Origin: Candidatus Latescibacterota bacterium
GTDB taxonomy: Bacteria; Latescibacterota; UBA2968; GCA-2709665
DNA length: 64,000 bases
Reading direction: 5' to 3'
Assembly (NCBI GenBank): GCA_963667175.2
Contig: CAXXXF010000016.1
Span: 128,001 to 192,000, forward strand
Both the position numbers and the translations under genes were made by a program. A model generated the notes under the pieces. That model worked only from the letters and a program-made list of their open reading frames with translations. It did no database searches and was not told the origin of the DNA. Shown in pieces: positions 20,402 through 30,868 of the stretch. Numbering within the stretch: the first letter of the stretch is position 1; every line of letters starts with the position of its first letter.

Positions 20402-23400
20402 TTATACAGACGAAAGCTCTTCGACAAATCGAGGATCGATCGAGTATGTGGACGATATCCACTCATCAATTCCCCGCAAACGGCGGTCGGCGCACAACTC
20501 CGTTAGGTTCGGTGACATGAAGCGTTCCTTTACGGAGTTGGGTATATTCTTTTCGCCTGCGTCTCGATTGATACCGCGGACAAGCGAAGTGAAGGAAAAC
20601 AACTCCCTCAAATCAGCCCACTCGGCACCGATTCCTGACAGGAACACGAAGTCGGCTCTTCTCGTTAGCGACGACAGCTTCTGATAGTTGAAATTGCCGA
20701 TATACTTACCGGCGTTCTTCTTGAAGACAAGTGCGGAATACCTGTAATTGTGCAGCAACTCCCCGATAATTGCCAGTCGATGTAAGTGATCGTCCGGGAT
20801 TGTGTTTACCGGTGTAAGGAGATCGTCAAGCAACCAATTTGTGACGTGGAAGCCGTCACCCCGGGTCAGCCAATACCAAAAGCACGTGTCGCCGCCTGTG
20901 ATGGCGAGAGCCGCAAAGGCTTCCTCTTTCGAATGCAGACCCACCCAACCGGATTGCGACGGACCAAGAACACTGCGATCATCGGGATGTAATACTGGTG
21001 GCGGCTCGATATACGTGGAGATGAAATTGCGTGCAGTTGGCGAGAATCCCAACTTGAAAGAATTACGTCCGAGACGGCGGTCGGGAGTTAAACGTGACGT
21101 CGAAGACTGAATATGCATTGCTAACAATTTCGCCCCAAAACGGTTCGTAAGGCGGGGAATTCCGAAAGATTCATTCGGCATCACATCATGCACCTCGTTA
21201 TAGGAAAGATTGTCCAACAAAAAATCTCGATAGGCTGCGCGCCACCTGTATAGGCGGGTAGCGAACAAATCGGTTTTCTGCGCGGCGGAAGTAAGCCATA
21301 TCGTACATCTCTGGCTAACGCCAGAGAATAGCGCAGCCGGTATATTATCGAACGAAGAATGCCAATGCGTACCGGCGCCGGCCATAAGTTCACGTAGTTC
21401 CGAAAATTCAAAGCTAAAAGTCGTTGAAAGTGGGACAATTAACCCACAGCGTCCGCGCCGGCTCAGGATGCGGTGTGATTGTACGACAACGTAACCATAG
21501 ATATCGGGAAATTTTAGATTCTTAGTAGACCGGACTACATAGCCAACCGACCTGCGGTCTACGTACGGCGGATTTCCGACGATCACGTCAAACCCGCCTC
21601 CGTGCATGATGCCATAGAACTCCACAAACCAATGAAATGGCTGGTGGCTTGCGCACCATTGCTCGAAGGCCGTTTGGTCGCCGGTTTTGACGCCGCACTC
21701 ACCGGCCAGATATCGGTTCAACTGGTTACGCAGCTTATCAAGTCGCCCTCTCAGGTCGAATTTCGCACTTGCAAACGCATTCGCATCCATCTCGTGGTCG
21801 GTCTGCATTTCCTGGAACAGACGAAATGCGCGGTCCGCCAATTCGGCGCGTTCTTCGATTTCAGGGAGAGATTGTTCCTTGAACAGATCGCCCCTTACCG
21901 CCCGTCTTACGTCATCGAGAGACGTGAAGCCCACCAATGTGTTACCGGCACGTACGTTGAAGTCAATATCAGGCAAGGGCTCGATTTGCTCATAGTGTTC
22001 CAACTGTGCGACAAGTTTCAGGAAGAGGCGCAGCTTGCAGATTTCCACGGCTTCTTCCATGATGTCCACGCCATAGAGGTTGTTGATAATGATCGACTTG
22101 AGAATGAAATATCTCTCGCTGGGATGCGAGTCAACCTGCTTCAGAATCTTTCGGAAGTCGCTCATTTTTTCAGGGCGGTGCTTGCGTTGCGACCGCTGCA
22201 GATCATCCAGAAGCCCCCGCATTGCTTCGAGGCACGCGGTGTAGATCGGCTCCAGGATGTTGAGCGCGGCGAAGAGGAACGCGCCAGAACCGCACGTCGG
22301 ATCCAGAATCGACACGGCGGAAATCGCCTTCCAGAAGGCGCGGACCAGTTCAGGACCCTCGCTCCCCGAGATGACGTCCTGCGCGAATTTTTCGATATCC
22401 AGGTTGTAGGTGATCAGGTCGTTGATGGCCGTGACCTCACCCAAGGCGAGTTTGGCGTATACTTCCTCGTAGTGGCGCCGCCGTGCGACGTGCTCGCGCC
22501 AGGTTTCCGTTGGCAGGGCATAGTCGCCTGTCGCGGGTTCGTTCCAACCGTCGCGTTTTGCGACATCTTCCAGTCCTGCTGCGATTTCCGAAGGCAGGTC
22601 GCGCTTTCGCACAAGGTCTTCCTTCTTGTGGATATCGTACGTGATCCCGTGACGGACCGCTTCGTAGAAGTACCGATCCGACTCGTCCTGCAACAGAGAC
22701 CACACCCCTCCGTCGGCCCTGAATGCAATCGGGCACGACTTCCTCGCCCGATCGAACAGAAAGGGAATGATCGTGTTACGGCTGATGTATCCGGTAATGT
22801 CCTCTTTGGTGTAGTAGGCCCCCATCTGCTTCTGGTTGATGTACTTCTCGAAGATGTAACCCAGCACGTCGGGGTTGATTTCATTGTCCTGATGTAACGG
22901 CCGGTCGTCCAGGTGCCACGTATAGGCATCGAAAAAGTCGAAGATTCGCTCGAACGCTTCATCGGGTATTTCTATCTCTGGATTATCCCGCTCCAGATCG
23001 TGGACGTCGAACAGGCCGCCATTGAGAAAGGGCACCTTACCCAGCAGCGCCGACAATTCCGGAGAACGATTCGCCTCCGGCTGCCCCAGCCCTTCGTGGA
23101 ACAACTTCAACAGGAACAGCCTGTAGAACCTGTTGAATCGCCCGTTTCCATATTGCTGACGCACGCTTTGGAGGCGGTCGCGGAGATATTCGGTGTTGTT
23201 GTCGAGGAATCCGCGTTTCTGAATGAAGTAGATGAACATCATGCGGTTCAGCATCAGCGAGGCGTACCATTCTTTGTCGGCCAGGTCTCCGATCCCCTCG
23301 ATGAACCCCAGAAAGGCCTCGTGTTCCTTCTTGAAGCGGTCGTAGAACCGTTTGGTGACCTTCTCCACGTCGAAGGCTGCCCGAACGCGGCCGGATACGT

Positions 23401-23851
23401 CGACAATCGTCAGGTCTTCTTCTTCATCGAGTGTGAAGACGATGTTATCCAGCTTCTGAATGAGGCGTTCGCCGGTATCCCCTCGCCGGTACGACTCTGA
23501 TCGTTGCCGGTCGGGACGGCCCGGTTCGCGTTTTACCCATTGCCAGGACTGCTCGCCCTTGTCATGGGTGGCGTAGACGATGATGTGTTCTCGGACCTGT
23601 TTCGCGACGGCCTTTTCGATCTTCCTTCGGTTGGAATATTCGGGAATCGTCGTCTCGTCGCCAGAGACGTGTTGATAGGCGACCATGCCCCGTTTGTGGG
23701 CAATAGCTTTGAGTGTAAACGACCGCTCGCCGACATCAATGACCGTATCGACGCCCCCGTGGTCCCAGCCCAACTCCTCGATGAAGAGAGCGCGGAGGTT
23801 GAACTTGTCCAGATACGTCCTGACTCTTTTTCTGTTCAGAATTGAAGACAC
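20402..23851 (-). CDS. Large N6-adenine DNA methyltransferase (Eco57I/type IIG-like, gamma motif order)
   Basis: VPFLNGGLF, GAYYT, LDPTCGSGAFL (motif I), VGNPPY (motif IV), C-terminal putative target-recognition region. Confidence 0.9.
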   Translation of the reverse strand: MSSILNRKRVRTYLDKFNLRALFIEELGWDHGGVDTVIDVGERSFTLKAIAHKRGMVAYQHVSGDETTIPEYSNRRKIEKAVAKQVREHIIVYATHDKGEQSWQWVKREPGRPDRQRSESYRRGDTGERLIQKLDNIVFTLDEEEDLTIVDVSGRVRAAFDVEKVTKRFYDRFKKEHEAFLGFIEGIGDLADKEWYASLMLNRMMFIYFIQKRGFLDNNTEYLRDRLQSVRQQYGNGRFNRFYRLFLLKLFHEGLGQPEANRSPELSALLGKVPFLNGGLFDVHDLERDNPEIEIPDEAFERIFDFFDAYTWHLDDRPLHQDNEINPDVLGYIFEKYINQKQMGAYYTKEDITGYISRNTIIPFLFDRARKSCPIAFRADGGVWSLLQDESDRYFYEAVRHGITYDIHKKEDLVRKRDLPSEIAAGLEDVAKRDGWNEPATGDYALPTETWREHVARRRHYEEVYAKLALGEVTAINDLITYNLDIEKFAQDVISGSEGPELVRAFWKAISAVSILDPTCGSGAFLFAALNILEPIYTACLEAMRGLLDDLQRSQRKHRPEKMSDFRKILKQVDSHPSERYFILKSIIINNLYGVDIMEEAVEICKLRLFLKLVAQLEHYEQIEPLPDIDFNVRAGNTLVGFTSLDDVRRAVRGDLFKEQSLPEIEERAELADRAFRLFQEMQTDHEMDANAFASAKFDLRGRLDKLRNQLNRYLAGECGVKTGDQTAFEQWCASHQPFHWFVEFYGIMHGGGFDVIVGNPPYVDRRSVGYVVRSTKNLKFPDIYGYVVVQSHRILSRRGRCGLIVPLSTTFSFEFSELRELMAGAGTHWHSSFDNIPAALFSGVSQRCTIWLTSAAQKTDLFATRLYRWRAAYRDFLLDNLSYNEVHDVMPNESFGIPRLTNRFGAKLLAMHIQSSTSRLTPDRRLGRNSFKLGFSPTARNFISTYIEPPPVLHPDDRSVLGPSQSGWVGLHSKEEAFAALAITGGDTCFWYWLTRGDGFHVTNWLLDDLLTPVNTIPDDHLHRLAIIGELLHNYRYSALVFKKNAGKYIGNFNYQKLSSLTRRADFVFLSGIGAEWADLRELFSFTSLVRGINRDAGEKNIPNSVKERFMSPNLTELCADRRLRGIDEWISSTYSIDPRFVEELSSV

Positions 23852-23870
23852 CTGGATGTCCCCTGATGCG

Positions 23871-24329
23871 TCACGTCCGAACGAGATCGACCAGCGAAAC
23901 GGTGTCGATTTCGTCGAATCGCGCGAAGTCGTGCCGGTTCTGCGTTACCAGCCTTCGGATGCCACGGGTTGTCATTGTGGCGACGATATTGGCGTCATGC
24001 AACCCTTTGCCTTGAACGCCATATCTCAATGCAAGTTGGCGCAGATTGCCAGCGACCTCCTGGTTTTCGTCGAACAATTGAAGGTGACGCCGGAACTCAT
24101 CCACGTTTCCAACAACGTCGCGTACGTTCAGACCAAGACCGTTTGCACGAATGGGACGCGATGCGACTGCCATGTATTCCCTGAGAATCTGCCCACTTCC
24201 GGCGAGGCGAATACCGCGCCCGGGGGACTCGGCCAGTAGCCTTATTGCTTCCGCGTGTTGGCGTCGCGATTCGTCCGTCGCGGTCAAGAGGACGTTGGTG
24301 TCCAGAAAATGAAAATTACCGGCCATCAT
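23871..24329 (-). CDS. PIN-domain (VapC-like) toxin
   Basis: FLDTNVLL..QILRE..LHDANIVA..LVTQN..DF. Confidence 0.9.
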   Translation of the reverse strand: MMAGNFHFLDTNVLLTATDESRRQHAEAIRLLAESPGRGIRLAGSGQILREYMAVASRPIRANGLGLNVRDVVGNVDEFRRHLQLFDENQEVAGNLRQLALRYGVQGKGLHDANIVATMTTRGIRRLVTQNRHDFARFDEIDTVSLVDLVRT

Positions 24330-24588
24330 CGCCATAGATCTCATCCCGATTCCACGACGTCGTCTTTCCAGTCCTGACTGTCACCAGATCCAGCATCGGG
24401 ACATCCTCGTTTTTCGTGCCTGTCCCGTCCAACTCAGCAAGACCGGATTCATTATCGGACCTGGGACGAAGAACGAAACCGTCAGGCCCTTTCTCGATCT
24501 CAAGATGGTCTCCGGGACCTACCCGCAGCATGTTCAGCACCCGCTCTGGCAGGGTGACCTGGCCTCCTGAGCTTATCTTTACAATCAT
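24316..24588 (-). CDS. AbrB/MazE-type antitoxin
   Basis: VKISSGGQVTLP..LRVGPGD; overlaps the PIN gene. Confidence 0.85.
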   Translation of the reverse strand: MIVKISSGGQVTLPERVLNMLRVGPGDHLEIEKGPDGFVLRPRSDNESGLAELDGTGTKNEDVPMLDLVTVRTGKTTSWNRDEIYGDDGR

Positions 24589-24646
24589 GGGGACTTCCTT
24601 AAAACCGGATGGTGAGTAACCGAACCAGTAATAACGTTGCAATCAT

Positions 24647-24811
24647 GAAACAGAATCAAAGGCACGAACTACGAAAGACGCGAAATAGCGCGAAACAAGA
24701 TCAAAGGCTCGGACTACGAAAAACACGAAACAGAATCAAAGGCACGAACTACGAAAGACGCGAAATAGGATCAAAGGCATGAACTGCGAAAAATACGAAA
24801 TGGCACGAAAC
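24647..24811 (+). repeat. Tandem array of four 35-50 bp units (gaaacagaatcaaaggcacg-aactacgaaagacgc)
   Basis: Units start at ~24647, 24692, 24727 and 24762; the array ends just short of the GxxExxY stop codon. Confidence 0.9.
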
Positions 24812-24816
24812 GAGGT

Positions 24817-25203
24817 CTATCGTTCGTTTACGAAACGTTCGTGTTCTAATCCTTGATGATGGCCGAAATTGACGAGCAGGCCGAGTTTCACGCCTGTTGA
24901 TTTCAGGTAGTTGACAATTTGCGCGCGGTGTTCATCTCCCAGTTGTTTCACTGCTTTGATTTCCACGATAATCCTATCGAAACAGAAAAAATCCGGCTGG
25001 TAGAACTGTTTCAACGCCTGTCCTTTGTAATGTATTTTCAGGTCCATTTTCTCTTCGTACGGGATCGCCGAGGAATCGAATTCCATCGCAAGACACTCCT
25101 GGTAAACCGCTTCAAGAAAGCCGGTTCCCTTTTCCTTGTACACTTCAAAGCAGGCGCCGACAATCCGATAACTTTCCTCTTTGTAGACGATTTCTCCAGT
25201 CAT
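24817..25203 (-). CDS. GxxExxY protein (PD-(D/E)XK-like nuclease family)
   Basis: GFLEAVY, PDFFCFDRIIVEIKA, AQIVNYLK..GLLVNFG. Confidence 0.93.
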   Translation of the reverse strand: MTGEIVYKEESYRIVGACFEVYKEKGTGFLEAVYQECLAMEFDSSAIPYEEKMDLKIHYKGQALKQFYQPDFFCFDRIIVEIKAVKQLGDEHRAQIVNYLKSTGVKLGLLVNFGHHQGLEHERFVNER

Positions 25204-25740
25204 ACCTTTTGTGTCTTTCGTTGTTTATCGGACCCATAGTACAGATGATCCGGGGCGCCTGCGGTTCATCGTCCACTTCGACAACCTGAACGCCTCTCTG
25301 TAGACGATTTGTCCCTTATATCTTTCGCGTTTTTTCGCGCGTTTCGTAGTTGGTCTTTCTTTGTTTTTCGCGACTTACGCAGTCGATCTTTTCGTGTCTT
25401 TTCGCGTGTTTCGTAGTTAATATTTCTTTGTTTTTTTGCGTTTTTTCGCGTCTTTCGTAGTCAATCTTTCTTTGTTTTTTCGCGACTCTCGTAGTCAATC
25501 AGACCCATAGAACAGATGACTCTGCTGGACTCGTGCGGTTCGTCGTCCACTCAGACAACGTAAATGCCTCTCTGTAGACGATTCTCCAGTCATACCTTTC
25601 GCGTTTTTTCGCGTGTTTCGTAGTTAATGTTTCTTTGTTTTTTGCGTCTTTTCGCGTCTTTCCTCGTCTTTTCGCGACTCTCGTAGTCAATCAAGCCCAT
25701 AGAACAGATGATCCGCGGTTCCCGCGGTTCGTCGTCCTCG
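25204..25740 (-). repeat. Three degenerate tandem units of helicase 3' end + ACTACGAAA array + GxxExxY 5' end
   Basis: cccatagaacagatga/cccatagtacagatga at ~25233, 25504, 25696; tgtagacgat at ~25182, 25299, 25573; tttcgcg/tttcgtagt arrays in between. Confidence 0.88.
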
Positions 25741-28700
25741 TGCACGACACAGAGCCGCCCATCCTCCCATATCTCGATCACGACAGAAGCCAGATCCTCG
25801 TCGGAAATACCGCTTCGCAATTGCCGGTTCAGTGTATCCACGGTCGATTGCCGTAGCGGATATCGGTAGATCTCACCCACCGCCCGACGAAGTTGCTGTG
25901 TATCGAAGAGTGTGCCCTCGACACTCTCGGCATAGTTCTTCAGTCGTTCATAGGTACGGAACCTCGCGCCGGAAGGTCGTCCCAGTTGACCGCCGACCTG
26001 ATTCTCCTCGCGCGCGATCCGTTCCGCGGCCTTTCCGACAAGATTGTGATGTTTCTCGTGTCGGGGCAGTGCCGGTGTGTCCGGCTTGCATTCTGCCGCA
26101 CGCAGGATTTCAAACTGGCTTTCCGTGACACTGCTGCCTTCCCAATCCATCCACGCGAGGGCGTCGTTGTCCTGGGTTGTCCGCATGTAAACGAGTACGC
26201 CATTCTGCTGATTCTCTTTAGGCGAGGCGGCTTTGGAGGCGTGCACGACGTCCGGCATCTCCTCCACTGTTTTCTCCAGCGTCGGATCGGCAGTCGTGGC
26301 GTTTCTCCAGATCTGATAGGCATATGAAGCCAGGTCCACCTCGGAATCGTCGTCGCCGTCGAGGATTCCGGTCTGTTCGTTATACAGATCCACGACGGAA
26401 CGAGTGTCATCGTCCTCGAAAAAGGCCTCGTCGGTTCCCACCACTTCCGCGTTCTCGCCCAGGCGCTGTCTTACGCGGGCGCGTAACCGAATCACACGTT
26501 CGATGCCCTCGGCGGGAAGAAAGGAGTAACAGAGGATGTCCTGCGCCGACTGCCCGATGCGGTCCACGCGTCCGGCTCTCTGGATCAGCCGGATGATTGC
26601 CCACGGAAGGTCGTAATTGACGACGATGGCGCAATCCTGCAGGTTCTGTCCCTCGCTCAACACGTCCGTCGCGACCAGCACTCTGAGTTCCTCATCAGCC
26701 GCGATCTGCCCGCCCTTTTCATTGCTCCTGGGACTGAAACGCCAGGCCAGCTGAGTCGGATCCGCCGAACCGCCCGTAACGCCGGACAACCGTTCCATGC
26801 CCTCATCCCTGAGCTGACGTTCCAGGTAATGTACCGTATCGGCGAACTGCGTGAAGACCAGAACCTTGTTACGTGGATGCTTGTCCGCAAGGATCTTCTG
26901 CAGAGCGGCAAGCTTGGCGTCGAGCGACGGATTCCATTGGCCGAAGTCCTCCAACATTTCACGCAACGTTCTGGTGTCCGACAAAAGAGATTGCAGCAGT
27001 GACTCGCCGAAGTGACGCGGGCTGAGCCAACGAAATCGACTTCTGTATCGTTCGCTGTAATCAGTGTAAACTCTCGCGGCGTGCCGACGGAACTCTTCCT
27101 CGGTTCTTAGGGAGTATTCGGTCTGATTCTGGCCGCCTTCGTCCTCTCCTTCGTCAAAAATGTCACCGGCAGCGCCGTCCGCATCCTCGTCGTAAGATTG
27201 GGGATCCAGAATGCCGGCATCTGTCGTGCCGATCGGCAGATCGAGTCCGTTTTCGATGGCATGGATAAAGATGAAGTTCCTCAGCACGTGCCGCTCGATC
27301 GACAGCAGGAACGAATGACCGCTGCTTTCAAGGCGTTTGAACAAATTGGTACGGCAGAAGCCCATTAGGCGCCTTCCCGCGCGCGACAGGTCCTGCAGGA
27401 TTCGGTCCTCGGCAGAAGATGGCGGCGGATCGACCGACGACATCAGGTAGTTCGCCAGACCGTAGCGCGGGAGTTCCAATCCGTTGATGGCGGAAACCAC
27501 GTTGTCGTCGAAGAGCCGCGCGTACTGGTTGTCGATTTCGAAACCCACGGTTCGCGGAACGCGAACGGGGAAATAGGAGCGCGAGCCGTCTTCGAACGTC
27601 AGATACCTTCGTCCATTCGCCGAATCCAGCGTGGCGTAGTTCTCCTGAATAAAGCTGCGCGTGCGCCGTACGAGGTAGCGTCGCATCAATTCGCGCCAGT
27701 CGTCCGCGTATTCGGACTGTTCGAATGCCGCGAGCGACCGGACGTCCGCCTGGTGGCGGCGAATAAACTCGGTTTCTCCGACCTCGCGCAACAGGCGCTC
27801 GGGTCTGATGCCCAGGTCTTCATCCTCATGCACAAACAACCGGATCTGGTTTGAGAGATCGTGGTACGTCTTGTTGTACGGCGTGGCCGAAAGCAGAATG
27901 CACTTGCTCTCGTTCTCACGAATGTATTCCTGGATTGCGCGGTACCTTTTTCCCTCTCGATTCCGGAGATTGTGGCTCTCGTCAATGACAACCAGCCTGT
28001 AGCGTCGCATGTCGGGGAGTCTGTTGATCGCCCGGCTGATCGAAAGTACCCGCGCCCGCAATCGATACTCGTCGCGATAGTCCTCCCACATCGGCGCCAG
28101 ATTCTTGGGGCATATAATCAGCGTTTCTACCCCATAATCGTCTTCAAATACCCGCGCTAACGCCGTGGCCATCAGCGTTTTACCGAGTCCCACCACGTCG
28201 CCGATGATCACCCCGCCGCGTTTGTTCAGGTGATGCGCGGCGATCTTCACGGCGGCCACCTGGAAATCGAGAAGCTTGTTGCCGAAGTCGTTCGGAATTC
28301 GGAACTCAGTCAGACCCGCCCGGGCTTCCTGAGACAGGTGATAAGCCATCTTCACGTAAATGTGGTACGGCGGAATCAGTCGAGGCCCCGCCCAACTCTC
28401 GTCGATAATCTTGGTGAGTTCGTCCGAAATATCGATGCACCAGCGGTCGGACCAGCGATCTTCGAACCATTGCGCAAGCTTTTCGCAGGCATCGTGATCC
28501 ATCACGTCAACGTTCAACTCACCCTGCCGGGAAAGACCGGACTGCGTGAGATTGCTGCTGCCCAGGTATCCGATTGTAGGATTGATGGGATCCGGCCGGA
28601 ACAGCATGTAGAGCTTGGCATGGAGCGTGTGGCGAAGGTAGAGCTTGACCACGACCTTTTTCGCTTTAATCTGTGCTGATAGCCTGCGAAGTCCGGCCTC

Positions 28701-29036
28701 ATCTACATTATTTGGCGCACCGGTGGCTAACTGATCCCTGAATTCTTCCGCGAGCCGTTTCTTCAGGCGAAGCGCGGTCTGATTGTCGAGTCTTTCATCC
28801 CGAGCGATCAGACTCCTTGCAAGTCGAAACTCGTCGTGCGGCAACCGATGCATGCCCACCAGCAGCCGGCAACAGTGCCCCTCCCCACCCTTCCACTTTT
28901 CGACATATTCGTCAATATTCCGCCACCCACGCAGGTTGAAGTAGCCGACACAGAAGTCCGCACGTTCGGAAACCTCCATCGTCTCCTGAAGTGCAGGAAG
29001 AAGCGGCTGCTCAATATTGTCGAAAATTCGTGGCAT
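25590..29036 (-). CDS. PLD-like nuclease domain + SNF2-type SF2 helicase
   Basis: [14 protein letters not shown] (PLD-like), [33 protein letters not shown]. Confidence 0.9.
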   Translation of the reverse strand: MPRIFDNIEQPLLPALQETMEVSERADFCVGYFNLRGWRNIDEYVEKWKGGEGHCCRLLVGMHRLPHDEFRLARSLIARDERLDNQTALRLKKRLAEEFRDQLATGAPNNVDEAGLRRLSAQIKAKKVVVKLYLRHTLHAKLYMLFRPDPINPTIGYLGSSNLTQSGLSRQGELNVDVMDHDACEKLAQWFEDRWSDRWCIDISDELTKIIDESWAGPRLIPPYHIYVKMAYHLSQEARAGLTEFRIPNDFGNKLLDFQVAAVKIAAHHLNKRGGVIIGDVVGLGKTLMATALARVFEDDYGVETLIICPKNLAPMWEDYRDEYRLRARVLSISRAINRLPDMRRYRLVVIDESHNLRNREGKRYRAIQEYIRENESKCILLSATPYNKTYHDLSNQIRLFVHEDEDLGIRPERLLREVGETEFIRRHQADVRSLAAFEQSEYADDWRELMRRYLVRRTRSFIQENYATLDSANGRRYLTFEDGSRSYFPVRVPRTVGFEIDNQYARLFDDNVVSAINGLELPRYGLANYLMSSVDPPPSSAEDRILQDLSRAGRRLMGFCRTNLFKRLESSGHSFLLSIERHVLRNFIFIHAIENGLDLPIGTTDAGILDPQSYDEDADGAAGDIFDEGEDEGGQNQTEYSLRTEEEFRRHAARVYTDYSERYRSRFRWLSPRHFGESLLQSLLSDTRTLREMLEDFGQWNPSLDAKLAALQKILADKHPRNKVLVFTQFADTVHYLERQLRDEGMERLSGVTGGSADPTQLAWRFSPRSNEKGGQIAADEELRVLVATDVLSEGQNLQDCAIVVNYDLPWAIIRLIQRAGRVDRIGQSAQDILCYSFLPAEGIERVIRLRARVRQRLGENAEVVGTDEAFFEDDDTRSVVDLYNEQTGILDGDDDSEVDLASYAYQIWRNATTADPTLEKTVEEMPDVVHASKAASPKENQQNGVLVYMRTTQDNDALAWMDWEGSSVTESQFEILRAAECKPDTPALPRHEKHHNLVGKAAERIAREENQVGGQLGRPSGARFRTYERLKNYAESVEGTLFDTQQLRRAVGEIYRYPLRQSTVDTLNRQLRSGISDEDLASVVIEIWEDGRLCVVHEDDEPREPRIICSMGLIDYESREKTRKDAKRRKKQRNINYETREKTRKV

Positions 29037-30367
29037 CAGGAGATCTCACTATGTCGCTGGTTCGCAATCGCTTTACACCTCGGACATTTGGCAATACCAG
29101 ATATAGGTAAGTATCCTCCATCTGTCAACCGGCTATTGAGAATCCTCACTACCCTAATGACTACTAACTAGTTGGTAACAATATGCTTAACCCCACATTT
29201 TGCCGAGTTACTCCTTACGACGAGTGACGATTCGCACGTCGAAAAATCCAGAAGGAAGAATAGAAGAAAATGCCTTCCTGCGGAATCGACTACGTCACAA
29301 ATCGAAACCGTTCGTTTTGCCAGGCTCGTTCTTGGATGGTCCAAAACGAATCGGCCATTCAAGCAATTAACTTAAATGGCGTTGGACTAACAATACAATT
29401 GGCAAAAAAGCGTATTATAAAACGAATCACTAACCAGATGAACTGGCCAATTGCGGTGGGATATTTCTTGTTTTACAACGCGAAAACTTGCACGTGTTTC
29501 GAATCTTAGTTTCTGGGTCAGCGGCCGAGGACATCAAATACAGTTTGATATGGGATGATTGAACTGGTGCAGCAATGCCGCGTAAAGACCATCCCAACGG
29601 AAAGGAGAAACCGCACAATATTACTGGTTTTTCCCCAATCCTCCGAGGTAGTCAGGTATTGTAATAAGCACCTTTATCCGCTCCCTTTCTTCCGTGGTTA
29701 TACTGCGAGAGACAAACGGGAAGAGATATAACAGAAGCTTCTTCGAATTGTCCCATGCATCACTTGTGTAAGTCATTCCATTGTGTAGCATGTTGAATGT
29801 TGTCATGATCCATTTGATGTATACAATCGGAATTAGCAAGTCGGAAATGCTCGTCCATCGATCGGCAAGATCCTCGCGCCGGTATTGAGTCTTTAATGTG
29901 TCGTCGCACTGCCCTGTGCAACACCAATAGACATGCTCGCAATGCTCTTGCCTTCGTTGCCCTTCCCGATGACGTCGGCTCCACTCCACTACAATGCCAC
30001 ATGGTTTCGGTAGGAGAAGATTCTCCCCACAATTGGTGCATAACAGATCAGATTTCTCCATGTAGATATCTGCGGGTCTCGGATGGCACACTTCCCATTC
30101 GGCGTAGGATTTAGGGAAAAAGCGCTTCGCAAGCGCTAGCCCCTGGGGGGAACTAATACATTCACTTTCAATTCTCTCATGGTCGTACACCAAGATTTCA
30201 AACTGCGATTCGGATGCTTTAAGTACAGATGCAAGACCAGAACTTATAACGGTGGAGTAAAACCCAACAAAACCATCACAATTGTGAGTAGAAATACGAT
30301 CGTGAATATCGAGTTCGTCGCGCCCTACGTGCCAATATAGGGTGAGACAACTCCCCCTTCGAGATTA

Positions 30368-30868
30368 ATGTCGTATCATGGGCGGAGAGGAGAACAAGAG
30401 ATGAGGTCAAGAACCGATGTTGTAGGCAACGGCAGCAAGGGGTCTCTGGTTGTGGAGGTCCCGCGCGGGACCTCCACAACCACGAGGCCGGATCCGGAGG
30501 TGCCGGCGCGTGCGAAGCGTCGCCGGTTCACGGCAAAGTACAAGCTTCGCATCCTGGAAGCGGCGGATGCGTGCCGTGCCCCTGGCGAAGTGGGCGCGCT
30601 GCTGCGCCGGGAGGGGTTGTATTCCTCGCAGTTGACGCAGTGGCGTCGTGCGCGTCGTGAGGGGTCGCTCAAGGCGCTGTCGAAGCTGCGGGGACCCAAG
30701 GGACATCGCCGCGACGAGGTGGCCGTCGAGAACCAGCACCTGCGCAAGGAGAACGCCCGTTTGCGTCGACGATTGGAACAGGCGAACACGATCCTCGAGA
30801 TCCAAAAAAAAGCCTCCGAGATCCTGGGTGTCCCCCTGAACCGGCCAGCAGGCGACGACGACGTATGA
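30368..30868 (+). CDS. IS3-family transposase OrfA (HTH)
   Basis: RRRFTAKYKLRIL..LLRREGLYSSQLTQWR. Confidence 0.88.
   Translation: MSYHGRRGEQEMRSRTDVVGNGSKGSLVVEVPRGTSTTTRPDPEVPARAKRRRFTAKYKLRILEAADACRAPGEVGALLRREGLYSSQLTQWRRARREGSLKALSKLRGPKGHRRDEVAVENQHLRKENARLRRRLEQANTILEIQKKASEILGVPLNRPAGDDDV

Noticed and set aside
24647-25690. CRISPR array interpretation of the repeats around GxxExxY
   Set aside because: No unique spacers of constant length, the repeats are degenerate and of variable period, and there are no cas genes.
25316-25690. Small K/R-rich ORFs 25316-25498 and 25499-25690
   Set aside because: They are translations of the low-complexity repeat arrays.
25178-25745. Diversity-generating retroelement TR/VR pair
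   Set aside because: Differences between copies are not confined to adenines and include indels; no reverse transcriptase in the window.
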